The notes: generated by a model not told the origin, from the letters alone. A stretch of DNA of 34,706 nt from Candidatus Hodarchaeota archaeon (GCA_016839785.1 JAEOTQ010000121.1:1-34706); one strand, 5' to 3'; positions 18,449-27,682 are shown, counted from the stretch's first letter. Numbers and translations are program-made.

Positions 18449-20170
18449 TTAACGGCGTTTCCTTATGGATAACAGAGCAATTAATACAAAAGGAAGTATT
18501 ACCAGCTCAAAACCCGGGGTTAGTGTCGGTGTTGTATCTGTTCCATCAGAGGTGGTGTCTGTATCATCTGGGATGGTAGTAGTCGTATCTTTTGGAGGTA
18601 GACCATCATCTGTAGCTTCCCACCAACAATCATCTGACCAGATTTGTCCTGTTTCATCAGTTACTATCAGGAATACTGTATACGGACCTTTTTCCTCAAA
18701 TTGAAAATCGACAATCTCCGACCAATTTCCGAAGGCAGGAAGAATGATCGATGTATTGTAAAAGGACTCTTCGTCACCATTTGGTTTTTGCATCTTGGCC
18801 TCAATGAATACATCCTTCACTTGTGCGAAGTGTGAAATCACTACAAATTCCATTTGACCAGTTTCACCCACCTTGACATAGTAATCTTGGTGAATATGGA
18901 CCTCGAAGACTTTATCATCTTCCCGTACATCGTAATAACACCCTGCTTCGTAGTAAATCCCATTAAGATTATCTCTTACGATGAGAGTGACATCATAATA
19001 TCCTGGTGCAGAAAAAGTGTAGGTAAGTAAACGACTCCATGAATCCATTGAATTCATTGTAATATTTCCATCTGAAAAGATGATTTCACTCAGAGAAGTC
19101 CCTAATGGACCAATGATAGTAACTTCGACTGCAATGAATGTGTCATTTCCCAGGAATGATTGCACGTATACGTTCAGGTATTCAGGTTTACCAACTACAG
19201 CCACGAAATCTTGTTCGATGAATAGCAGAAAATCACCATCAGTTACTTCCCACCAACATGTTGCTTCCCAAGGTTTATCTTTATCATCGTAAAGTGTGAA
19301 AGAGACGTCATAATACCCAACTTCGGGGAAAGTATAGTCTATTTCATAGAACCAAAATTCTCCTGATAACAGAAATACTGATGAATTTTGGTATAAGGTT
19401 ATCTCTGTTCCAGAGGGAAGAACCATCGTTATGAGAATTCTTACGGTCATGTTATGCTTAAAATTGGAAAAAGCTTCGAAGCCCATCCATCCCATATCAA
19501 ATACACGAGCATAATTATCTTGATATATCTGTACAATAAAGAATTCTGGAATAAAGGGTTCACCTGGTTCAATTTTAATGTCATCGAGCAGCCATCCACG
19601 CATATTGTTAGCGACTTCATCAATAGTTTCAAAATGAAAACGAATTTTGACAGAGGCATTCTTATAGGAGGTTAAATTGAAAGCATACCAATGCCATTCT
19701 GTGTGGGCGGAAACATTTCCAATATTATCCCAGGAAAACCCATCATCTTCCGAGACATACACTTGCTTTCGATCGTAAAATTCTCCAGATTCAGTATCTG
19801 CATAACTTAGGAAGCTAAGAACAATATTTCCAGATAGCCCCGTAAGATCCATATTTTCGGAAATAAGATCTCCTGAATTATTAGTTTCCGTTCCATTTGC
19901 ATCGAACGTTTCATAAGTTCCCGTTCGATTATCTCCATACCAAGCATAATACTTCCCACTGGGAACGTTGTCTACTGGATAGCTGGAAAGACTATTATAT
20001 TCTATATGCCATAAACCGGTTGCTTTCCAAGGAATTAATGATCCTGATTCAAAATCTTCGTATAGATCATCTCCAAGAACAGCAACTCCTGTAGGCACAA
20101 TATTTAACATCCCTAGTGCAAAAATCACTAGAAATAATCCTTGTGTTAATCGTAATCTCAAAAATCTCAC
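18449..20170 (-). CDS. Secreted cell-surface protein: jelly-roll (MAM/InhA-like) domain, 3 Ig-like repeats, Thr/Asp linker, PGF-CTERM-like anchor
   Basis: Signal peptide; DFESG...GWLLDDIKI domain; three ~100-aa repeats; DTTTTIPDDTDTTS linker; TPGFE + hydrophobic helix + RKRR at the C-terminus. Confidence 0.85.
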   Translation of the reverse strand: MRFLRLRLTQGLFLVIFALGMLNIVPTGVAVLGDDLYEDFESGSLIPWKATGLWHIEYNSLSSYPVDNVPSGKYYAWYGDNRTGTYETFDANGTETNNSGDLISENMDLTGLSGNIVLSFLSYADTESGEFYDRKQVYVSEDDGFSWDNIGNVSAHTEWHWYAFNLTSYKNASVKIRFHFETIDEVANNMRGWLLDDIKIEPGEPFIPEFFIVQIYQDNYARVFDMGWMGFEAFSNFKHNMTVRILITMVLPSGTEITLYQNSSVFLLSGEFWFYEIDYTFPEVGYYDVSFTLYDDKDKPWEATCWWEVTDGDFLLFIEQDFVAVVGKPEYLNVYVQSFLGNDTFIAVEVTIIGPLGTSLSEIIFSDGNITMNSMDSWSRLLTYTFSAPGYYDVTLIVRDNLNGIYYEAGCYYDVREDDKVFEVHIHQDYYVKVGETGQMEFVVISHFAQVKDVFIEAKMQKPNGDEESFYNTSIILPAFGNWSEIVDFQFEEKGPYTVFLIVTDETGQIWSDDCWWEATDDGLPPKDTTTTIPDDTDTTSDGTDTTPTLTPGFELVILPFVLIALLSIRKRR

Positions 20171-20182
20171 CTTAGTAAAAGT

Positions 20183-20203
20183 AGTTAGTTACGAAAACTA
20201 ACT
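20183..20203. promoter_or_regulatory. Inverted repeat AGTTAGTT-N5-AACTAACT in divergent promoter region
   Basis: Perfect 8-bp arms, 12 nt upstream of the surface-protein start. Confidence 0.35.
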
Positions 20204-20379
20204 TGACTCATAATCGAAGTAGAAATACCACTTTTAAACTCCACTGGAATGAAAATCCGCACAATTAATGATAATTTATTTATCACAATTTCAACTAGAA
20301 TCCATACAATTTTGAGAAAATTCTATATAATCCTTAATAGAATCTTTATGAAAACCAATGTTTAAGGATAATAACACGC

Positions 20380-22086
20380 ATGAGCTTCCGAAATATGGTC
20401 CTTTCAGGAAAATCTAGTCATCTTTTCATTGCTACCCTTCCCTCTTCCTATTTCTGGATTGCAGGTACTTTCTTCTTTCTCATCAAGGGCTTTCAATTAA
20501 TCGAATATGCAAAAGAACAAGCTCTCTTAACTGGATTCTTGGGAACAACAGCGTTAGGTGACTTATTAATTGGTGTTTTTTATGCTACTCCTCCATTATT
20601 AGCCATTGGTCTCGTCGGCCAATTGATTGATAATCGGCCATATTTACTTGGTAAGATTACCTTAATCAGTTTGGTCATTTCATCATCTGCATTATTACTG
20701 TTTGTCATAGCACTAAAACTCCTTATCGCTCCAATAACTTTATCCCTCGTAACAGTGTTCTTGACTGGGCTTGCATGTCTTGCCACCGCAAGTCATACGA
20801 CCTATGGGGCGGTCACAAAGTGGAGTCACCGCGGACGAGGATTTGCTGTTGGAAACTTAATATTCGGTATTACAATTGTAGGTCTACTTCTGATTTGTGG
20901 ATATTTTAAACTGGATTTCTTTTTCTCTCTCTTCATAATTTCTATACTAGGATTTATAATTAGTATATTGTTCTATTATACTACTCGTGAATGGGTTTAT
21001 TGGCAAAATGACGAGTGGCCGACTAAAACTTCACAAATATTAGTACGTCAATCAGTTAGGGCATATTTTTTTTCTCACATACTAATATACTTTATGCTGG
21101 GATTAACTATTGGAAGCTTAGCACAAGAAGGAGTCAAAGAAAATTATTCACACTTTTTGGGAATTGAATTAGGAGCTTTCGAAACTTTTTGGGCAATTGT
21201 CGTATTAGGAACTGTTATTTTTGTCATCCCAGCAGGAATTCTATCGGATAGGATCGGTAGAAAAGATTTAACAATTATGGCGACTTATGGAATCGTCTTG
21301 GCATCACTCATTGCTTCTTTACATGGATTAATAGATCCAAATTTTGATTCAATGGTTTATGTTCTAACTGCTTTTACGATAGGTGTTTCCTTTGCCTTTC
21401 TTCATCCTACTCTTGACAGCAGTCTATGGATTGATCTCTCTTCTAAAGATTCTATTGGACGGTATTGCGATATTAATGTCTACTCACTAGTCACAGGATT
21501 AGCAGCTGGATTCGGGATTAGTTATTTCTTTTTAAGTACTCTCATAGAATATAGAAACATTATGGTTCTCATGTATATCGGATTAGCTGTATTAGCAGTG
21601 CTTCCCTTATTCTGGGTTAGTGATTCGTTTCCCCCACTCGAATTCTTTCTATTATTGGTAATTAATGATGCAGGAGTACCGATTTTTCACTATTCCTTTG
21701 GCCGAAAAAAGGAATTGCAAATTGATCTTCCCTTGATATCTGGTGCTTTATCTGCGGTAGGGTCATTCATGCTAGAAGCAACTGGAGAAACGGGTGCAAA
21801 ACTCAATTTAGTTAGACATGGAACACATTTTATCCTTTCAGATCAAAGCAGTGATATTGGGTTGACTGCAACGATATTTGCCAATAAAAATGATCCCGAG
21901 CTTCAGATAATTCTGTCAAAATTTCTACGACGATTCCGAAAAAGATTTTCCAAGGAGCTAAGTGAATGGAAAGGAGATATTTTAGCTTTTGAAGCAGCTA
22001 TCGAGGACGCTGAAGAGATCTTTGGTCCTCTCATCACCATTGCGACTGATGATCCCATGATCACAACTTCGAAGAATCCAAGTTAA
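20380..22086 (+). CDS. MFS-fold transporter fused to a C-terminal longin-like domain
   Basis: ~12 TM helices with MFS motif A (GILSDRIGRK). The soluble tail LLVINDAGVPIFHYSF...LISGALSAVGSFMLE...FRKRFSKELSEWKGDILAF matches the Asgard longin pattern. Confidence 0.85.
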   Translation: MSFRNMVLSGKSSHLFIATLPSSYFWIAGTFFFLIKGFQLIEYAKEQALLTGFLGTTALGDLLIGVFYATPPLLAIGLVGQLIDNRPYLLGKITLISLVISSSALLLFVIALKLLIAPITLSLVTVFLTGLACLATASHTTYGAVTKWSHRGRGFAVGNLIFGITIVGLLLICGYFKLDFFFSLFIISILGFIISILFYYTTREWVYWQNDEWPTKTSQILVRQSVRAYFFSHILIYFMLGLTIGSLAQEGVKENYSHFLGIELGAFETFWAIVVLGTVIFVIPAGILSDRIGRKDLTIMATYGIVLASLIASLHGLIDPNFDSMVYVLTAFTIGVSFAFLHPTLDSSLWIDLSSKDSIGRYCDINVYSLVTGLAAGFGISYFFLSTLIEYRNIMVLMYIGLAVLAVLPLFWVSDSFPPLEFFLLLVINDAGVPIFHYSFGRKKELQIDLPLISGALSAVGSFMLEATGETGAKLNLVRHGTHFILSDQSSDIGLTATIFANKNDPELQIILSKFLRRFRKRFSKELSEWKGDILAFEAAIEDAEEIFGPLITIATDDPMITTSKNPS

Positions 22087-22199
22087 TTTATATAGCATAT
22101 ACTTTTCATAGTATTTACATATAGGATACACATTATTTCAGTTAAGTTTTTAAATAGTACTTCCCATGTTTAGCTTACATCTACAATGGAGTTTCTTTC

Positions 22200-22325
22200 A
22201 TGGCCGCAAGTTCGCGAACACCTCCTACTTTTGCTGAAGTTGCTTTTCCCTCCCTTATTCCTGTGATTCTGAGTTTGTATAAAGCCAAAGCTGAAGTTCG
22301 AGATAAGAAGAAACGTTCTCAATAG
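22200..22325 (+). CDS. Unannotated 41-aa small protein
   Basis: ATG..TAG encodes MAASSRTPPTFAEVAFPSLIPVILSLYKAKAEVRDKKKRSQ. GGAG lies 8 nt upstream and a TATA-like TTTTAAATA lies at ~22148-22156. Confidence 0.55.
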   Translation: MAASSRTPPTFAEVAFPSLIPVILSLYKAKAEVRDKKKRSQ

Positions 22326-22330
22326 TATCT

Positions 22331-22401
22331 AGTAAATTAAATTTGATTTACTTACTCTGTCTACAATCTCATATCGAGATCGAAAATCTAAATTCGATAT
22401 G
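22331..22401. terminator. Two stem-loops between convergent genes
   Basis: AGTAAAT-N8-ATTTACT (22331-22352) and CATATCGA-N16-TCGATATG (22370-22401). Confidence 0.35.
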
Positions 22402-22432
22402 TATTGATTCCTTTTATGTGCTGAACAGAAAC

Positions 22433-25400
22433 CTACTTCCTTTTCTGATATTTTAGGAGTTGATATATTGAAAAAGAGAGGAATATAAGTAGCAATATCC
22501 TCAATTCTAACGAGAGAGCTGATGGGGGCTTTATCCTCCCATTGTCAATTGCAAATACTCTACTGAAAACTGTTTCCTCAATAAAGCCATCAGAAACCAG
22601 AGTAACAATCTTCAAACGACAGGAAGAACTATCGTAATGCAAGCTAGTATCCCACATATATGCAGTATTCAGTATGGGGAATTCGGTTATCTGTTCCCAT
22701 TTTTTTCCATCATTTTCGGAGAAAAATAGGGAATAACTTACACTATAATCATGAGAATCAAGGGCGGGTAACCATTGGATCATTACTGTCCCCCGCAAGT
22801 ATAGTCCACTAGTTGGATATACTATTTGAGGGGCTAAGATACGCCGGTTTATCGGTGGATTCAGATAAGTCAATGGAGCTAGATCTCTACTATTTTGAGA
22901 TCCGTCTAGCGAATAGGGAACATCAACATACTCATCTCCATCATTATCAGGACTGACCCATTCATTCCAGTAATTAAAAACGATAATATTCGAACTACCA
23001 TGATCTAATGCTTGAGAATTAACACTAGCTTGCAAATTTTCACTTGGAATATTGTTGATAAAGTCGTTATTCCTTACAATATTATTACCACTATCATAAT
23101 CAAGATAGAACGCATAAGTATTGTTCCTAAGTATATTCTCAGAAATTTCATTATAATTGGAGTTCCCTAAGACTATCCCCATACCATAATTATTAATAAC
23201 TTGATTTTCTTTTATTAATGCATCTCCAACTTCCTCAAGCATAATAATCGATCGATCACCAATTCCTACATTATTTAAAATTGCTAAGGGATCACCCTGA
23301 TCGTTAATCTTGTTATCAACGATTGTGTTCTTCAGAATACTAATTTTCGACGAATAAGCAATAAAAATTCCTACCCCGTAATTATTCGAAATGATATTTT
23401 CAGAGAATTCACAGTCTTCTACCCATCTAATACGGCAAGGATCGAGATTATTCTCAAATAGATTCTCATGAATGATATTTCCATAGCCCCCTGAGATGTA
23501 TAAACCTTGCTGGTCGTTGTTACTTATGGAATTACCTTGAATCATAAAGTTGAATGGATCATAGAACTCCATTCCTCTACTATTATTCATAAATATGTTA
23601 TTTTCAATATTTAAATTTTCTCCCGACCAGGTAGTTAATCCTGAATTACTACAATTTGTAATTATATTGTTACTCATTATCCAACCATAAGATCCATGAA
23701 TCGCTATGCCTCGATATTGACTATTAGATATCACATTATCCTTGAGAATCCCGTAGTTGGTATCATATCCGACGATTATCCCATGAGCATTGGTATTGAT
23801 TTTATTCCCTGATATTTCACTGAAAGGTGACGATGTAAGATGGATTGCATCATTTAAAATATTAGAAATGGTATTATTGATAATTTTGTTATTCCCTATT
23901 CCATTACTGCTTTCAAGCCTAATGCCTTCGTTGTTATTAATTATAAAATTTCCTTTAATATGGCAATTAGAACTATCTATACAATTAATACCAGTTCTAC
24001 TGTTATTAGACAAACTTACATTATGTACATTTATTTCACTAGATCTATAGATACCAATCCCTTGTGAAGTATTGGAAATGAATAGATTTGTAATATTAAT
24101 TCTCTCACAATCAATTAAATATATTTGGCTTGCGTCAAGTGGAACTGTAAGATCGTGAATACCTTTCCAATAAATAAGTGGTTTATTATTTACAGTATTA
24201 TTTTCCACCAAGGATTGCCCGATGATGTCCCTGTCAAAAAAAAATCCATGATTTATTACTGAATTATTGATGATTCTATTGTTACTAGACCTTTCTAACC
24301 AGATTCCATTGCCGTTGTTACTTACAATATTATTCGTGAAATTGCAGTTCCTAGCAGAACGTACCTCCAATCCACTATAAATATTATTCCTGATGGTATT
24401 GCTAGAAATAGTTCCAGCAAGGATGTCCCTAAGATATATTCCATCCATATTGTTTTCCACTATATTCCCCGAGATAACAGGGATAAATTGAGGAAAAGTA
24501 GATTCAATATATTCTATAGTAATATAATTCCATTCACAGACAAAAGAGAGATGATTATTCCCTCCAAGATCATTCCAATAACCCCCTCCTTCTATTGTCG
24601 CATAATCTTCCTCTCCACCAGCATCATTTGGCTCTCCTTCATACCAATTGGAATAAATATTATTTTCTCCTGTAACCCAAGACCAAGTTCCTTCAGTTTG
24701 CTCATCTGTATAGCCAATCCAAGCGGACCAGACGTTTTCCCCAATTAGCATTTGTACGATACTATTTTCTTCACTACTAGAAATCGTTACTAAGTGTCCA
24801 TCCTGATCTTCACAATATGCCTGGGCCTCAGTCCACGTCATACCAGCAGTGATTAGTTGATAAACATGACCATCAAATAAAATGAGTTCAGGCTGATAAC
24901 GAAAAGTAACGTAAATTCCCCTTCCAGCATTATCTTCAATGATATTATTCGAAATATTGACTACCGAACAATCTTCAATAGAAATCCCTTCTCCATTCTC
25001 AGTAATGTTATTGAAAGTGATGATACATTCCATCAAATCAGTAGCACGAATCCCAAATACATTGTTATTTGAGATCTGACTATTTAATATCGAGATATTA
25101 GTACAAGAATACAAAAAGACTCCTATGGATGCATATGATAGATTTTGATCATTGATCTGTAAATCATTACATTCTATCAGAATAATTTCCCCTGCTTTTG
25201 GGATTATCCCTCCGCTAACATCCTTCCAGTAAATTAGAGGTTTACCATTAACCGTATTATTCGTAACAACTGATTGAATATGATAATCATATGACCACCC
25301 CTCCATAACTAATCCTTGATGGAAAAAATGATTATTCAAGATAATATTATATCTTGAGTTAGTTAATAAAATTCCTGAACCTCTACCTGTTAGGTTATTA

Positions 25401-26920
25401 TTTGAAATGAGATTTTCGTGAGAAAAAGCAAGTGATAAACTTGCCTCTGTACTATTTAGAATGTTATTTGCATTTATCACATTGTAACTAGAAGAATCTA
25501 TCCTTATCCCTTGAACACAATTGAGTATAGAATTGTTATTTATTTTAAAAAAATCCGATTCCCTGAGTTGAAGACCAGTATAACAATTATCCATTGTATT
25601 ACTATTTATTATAGAGGAGGGAGAGAATTCAGCACCTATTCCCTCAGAAGCAGAAAATAGTGTACAATTTGAAATGAGGACACCGTCTGAATTAGCTATT
25701 TGAATTCCAGAATAAGTTATATTCTGTATTGTACAATTTTTGACTTCAATACTGGAACAAGTTCTTATTAAGATCCCACAATCCGTATTTGTAAGAATTT
25801 GATCTCTAATGAGGATATCTTCACATTCAAGTAGTATAATTTGACCGTAGGAAGTACTAACAATTTCAATACCATTTACATTCTGTCTGAATAAAACAGG
25901 TTTATCATTTACAGTATTATTTTCCACTTCCAGCTGTTCAAAATCTTTGACTATCCATCCAGTGAAGTGAATACCATTATTTTCGAATTTATTACTTAAA
26001 ATATTGTTATCAGGAGCCCCATAAAGATATAGTCCGCCTTCGGCATTATCAATTATTAAATTATTGGATATCAGATTATTAGTAGAACTTTCCAACTCGA
26101 TCCCCCATCCGTTGTTCTTAGTAACATTATTTCTATTTATAGAATTGCTGGAGCTGCTTCCTAATCTAATTCCATAATATGAATTATTGAAAATTTCATT
26201 ATCAATAATTACATTGAAGAAACAGCTATCAAGACTAAGCCCACCTTCCCACCCCCACCGGTCAGATGTAAATTGAGAATTATTATTGATTTTATTTTCA
26301 GAGATAAGACAATCCTCGCAATTATACAGTGTCACTCCATGACCATTATTGTTGATTTCATTAATTGTTATCCCGAGATTATTGGAAGAGTGAACTTCAA
26401 GCCCTCTACCCTCATTTTCACTCATATAATTATAATTAATATGGTCTTCACTCGAATCTTGGATCATGATACCTACATTACATTGTGTGCTTGTTGATTG
26501 TGTAATAGATCCATGGGTCACACCTCGAAAACTGATTCCAATATCTCCCCCAGTAAGAGTACAATTATCAATGTAGAAATATACGGATGTATCAGCAATA
26601 TCGATGAGGATTTTCTCCTTAGAGGAATCCGCAAGAGTAAGATCCTTGATTAAATATGGATTATCAACGGTTCCATCTCCTGGCCAACTTTCTTCTAGGG
26701 CTTTTGCATGGAAATGAGTATCACCATTTATAGTGATTGATGAATCTACTGTACTCCGAGTAGATTCAGTTAAGGTTGATTCTGAACAATTGACTTCACC
26801 ACAACACGGAAAGAAATGAGAATTAACGTTGATCTCTAGGAAGAGTGGTAGAGGATATAAAGAGATGACGAGTAATATGCAAATTATGGATTGACTATAA
26901 TTTCTAGCCTTCTCTCTCAT
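22433..26920 (-). CDS. Large surface protein: NosD-like parallel beta-helix repeats with inserted C-type lectin domain and C-terminal membrane anchor
   Basis: N-terminal hydrophobic signal; WPGDGTVDNPYLI cap; many GI-x-L-x-x-S-x-N-N-x-I-x-x-N repeats; CTL domain at ~24530-24877; C-terminal Ig-like domain, TM and KYQKRK. Confidence 0.9.
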   Translation of the reverse strand: MREKARNYSQSIICILLVISLYPLPLFLEINVNSHFFPCCGEVNCSESTLTESTRSTVDSSITINGDTHFHAKALEESWPGDGTVDNPYLIKDLTLADSSKEKILIDIADTSVYFYIDNCTLTGGDIGISFRGVTHGSITQSTSTQCNVGIMIQDSSEDHINYNYMSENEGRGLEVHSSNNLGITINEINNNGHGVTLYNCEDCLISENKINNNSQFTSDRWGWEGGLSLDSCFFNVIIDNEIFNNSYYGIRLGSSSSNSINRNNVTKNNGWGIELESSTNNLISNNLIIDNAEGGLYLYGAPDNNILSNKFENNGIHFTGWIVKDFEQLEVENNTVNDKPVLFRQNVNGIEIVSTSYGQIILLECEDILIRDQILTNTDCGILIRTCSSIEVKNCTIQNITYSGIQIANSDGVLISNCTLFSASEGIGAEFSPSSIINSNTMDNCYTGLQLRESDFFKINNNSILNCVQGIRIDSSSYNVINANNILNSTEASLSLAFSHENLISNNNLTGRGSGILLTNSRYNIILNNHFFHQGLVMEGWSYDYHIQSVVTNNTVNGKPLIYWKDVSGGIIPKAGEIILIECNDLQINDQNLSYASIGVFLYSCTNISILNSQISNNNVFGIRATDLMECIITFNNITENGEGISIEDCSVVNISNNIIEDNAGRGIYVTFRYQPELILFDGHVYQLITAGMTWTEAQAYCEDQDGHLVTISSSEENSIVQMLIGENVWSAWIGYTDEQTEGTWSWVTGENNIYSNWYEGEPNDAGGEEDYATIEGGGYWNDLGGNNHLSFVCEWNYITIEYIESTFPQFIPVISGNIVENNMDGIYLRDILAGTISSNTIRNNIYSGLEVRSARNCNFTNNIVSNNGNGIWLERSSNNRIINNSVINHGFFFDRDIIGQSLVENNTVNNKPLIYWKGIHDLTVPLDASQIYLIDCERINITNLFISNTSQGIGIYRSSEINVHNVSLSNNSRTGINCIDSSNCHIKGNFIINNNEGIRLESSNGIGNNKIINNTISNILNDAIHLTSSPFSEISGNKINTNAHGIIVGYDTNYGILKDNVISNSQYRGIAIHGSYGWIMSNNIITNCSNSGLTTWSGENLNIENNIFMNNSRGMEFYDPFNFMIQGNSISNNDQQGLYISGGYGNIIHENLFENNLDPCRIRWVEDCEFSENIISNNYGVGIFIAYSSKISILKNTIVDNKINDQGDPLAILNNVGIGDRSIIMLEEVGDALIKENQVINNYGMGIVLGNSNYNEISENILRNNTYAFYLDYDSGNNIVRNNDFINNIPSENLQASVNSQALDHGSSNIIVFNYWNEWVSPDNDGDEYVDVPYSLDGSQNSRDLAPLTYLNPPINRRILAPQIVYPTSGLYLRGTVMIQWLPALDSHDYSVSYSLFFSENDGKKWEQITEFPILNTAYMWDTSLHYDSSSCRLKIVTLVSDGFIEETVFSRVFAIDNGRIKPPSALSLELRILLLIFLSFSIYQLLKYQKRK

Positions 26921-27063
26921 CTTAGAATTCCTATCCTTATATTGAAGGTATAAAATTCAAGTGCTCTAATCGGCCATTTAATACTTCCCACTTGTATAGC
27001 TGACTGACTAAATCAATTCAATAATCTGGGTGATATAAATACTATAGATGCTGTGTTATCAAT

Positions 27064-27648
27064 ATGTCTGATGATCTGGTTATTCGAGCATTTGCATTTT
27101 CGTATGAGGCCCATCGCGAAACAAAACGAAAAGCAACAAATATCCCGTATATAACGCATCCACTCAGCGTAGTAGTCAATTTAATGAAATCCTTTGTGAA
27201 TACTGAGGAGTTGTTAGCAGCAGCTCTTCTTCATGATGTAGTAGAAGACGAGGATGTAACTTTTGAGCAATTAACGGAAGAATTCGGAGAACGGGTCTCT
27301 TCATTAGTTAAGGCTGTTTCAGAACCGAAATCACTTTCTAATTCTACTTCTGATCGTCGAAAATCATGGAATACACGAAAACAGCACACCATTAAATCTA
27401 TGAAATCTGCCTCCCACGAAGTTAAGTTGTTAAGTTGTGCCGATAAGCTCGCTAATACAACCGATATGCTTAGAGATTATAAAAAAGTCGGTGAAGAAAT
27501 TTGGCACCGATTTAATGCCCCAAAGGAAAGTCAAAAATGGTATTATACCTCTCTCATAGACGCCTATAAGTTGGGAAAGGAGACTATTGAGAAAACAAGT
27601 TTATATAAAGAATTCAGATTAAACGTGGAAAAATTATTTCCCGAATAG
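27064..27648 (+). CDS. HD-domain hydrolase, Mesh1/SpoT-hydrolase-like (small alarmone hydrolase)
   Basis: AH...RK...PYITHP, AALLHDVVED and ADKLAN; no synthetase domain. Confidence 0.9.
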   Translation: MSDDLVIRAFAFSYEAHRETKRKATNIPYITHPLSVVVNLMKSFVNTEELLAAALLHDVVEDEDVTFEQLTEEFGERVSSLVKAVSEPKSLSNSTSDRRKSWNTRKQHTIKSMKSASHEVKLLSCADKLANTTDMLRDYKKVGEEIWHRFNAPKESQKWYYTSLIDAYKLGKETIEKTSLYKEFRLNVEKLFPE

Positions 27649-27682
27649 GAAAAAAAGGAAGAAAAAATAGGATCTATCTCGC

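Noticed and set aside
8163-20786. Short overlapping ORFs (8163, 8641, 8764, 10493, 11123, 13033, 13300, 14188, 15951, 16375, 16485, 18391, 18465, 18644, 19080, 19447, 19454, 19897, 20580)
   Set aside because: All overlap well-supported genes in another frame or strand and lack protein-family features.
22370-22401. Hairpin as a SECIS element
   Set aside because: No adjacent gene shows an in-frame TGA at a Cys position, and the SECIS core motifs are not evident.
24530-24877. Lectin domain as a diversity-generating retroelement target
   Set aside because: No reverse transcriptase or template repeat seen; the domain is an internal canonical CTL rather than a terminal DGR CLec variable region.
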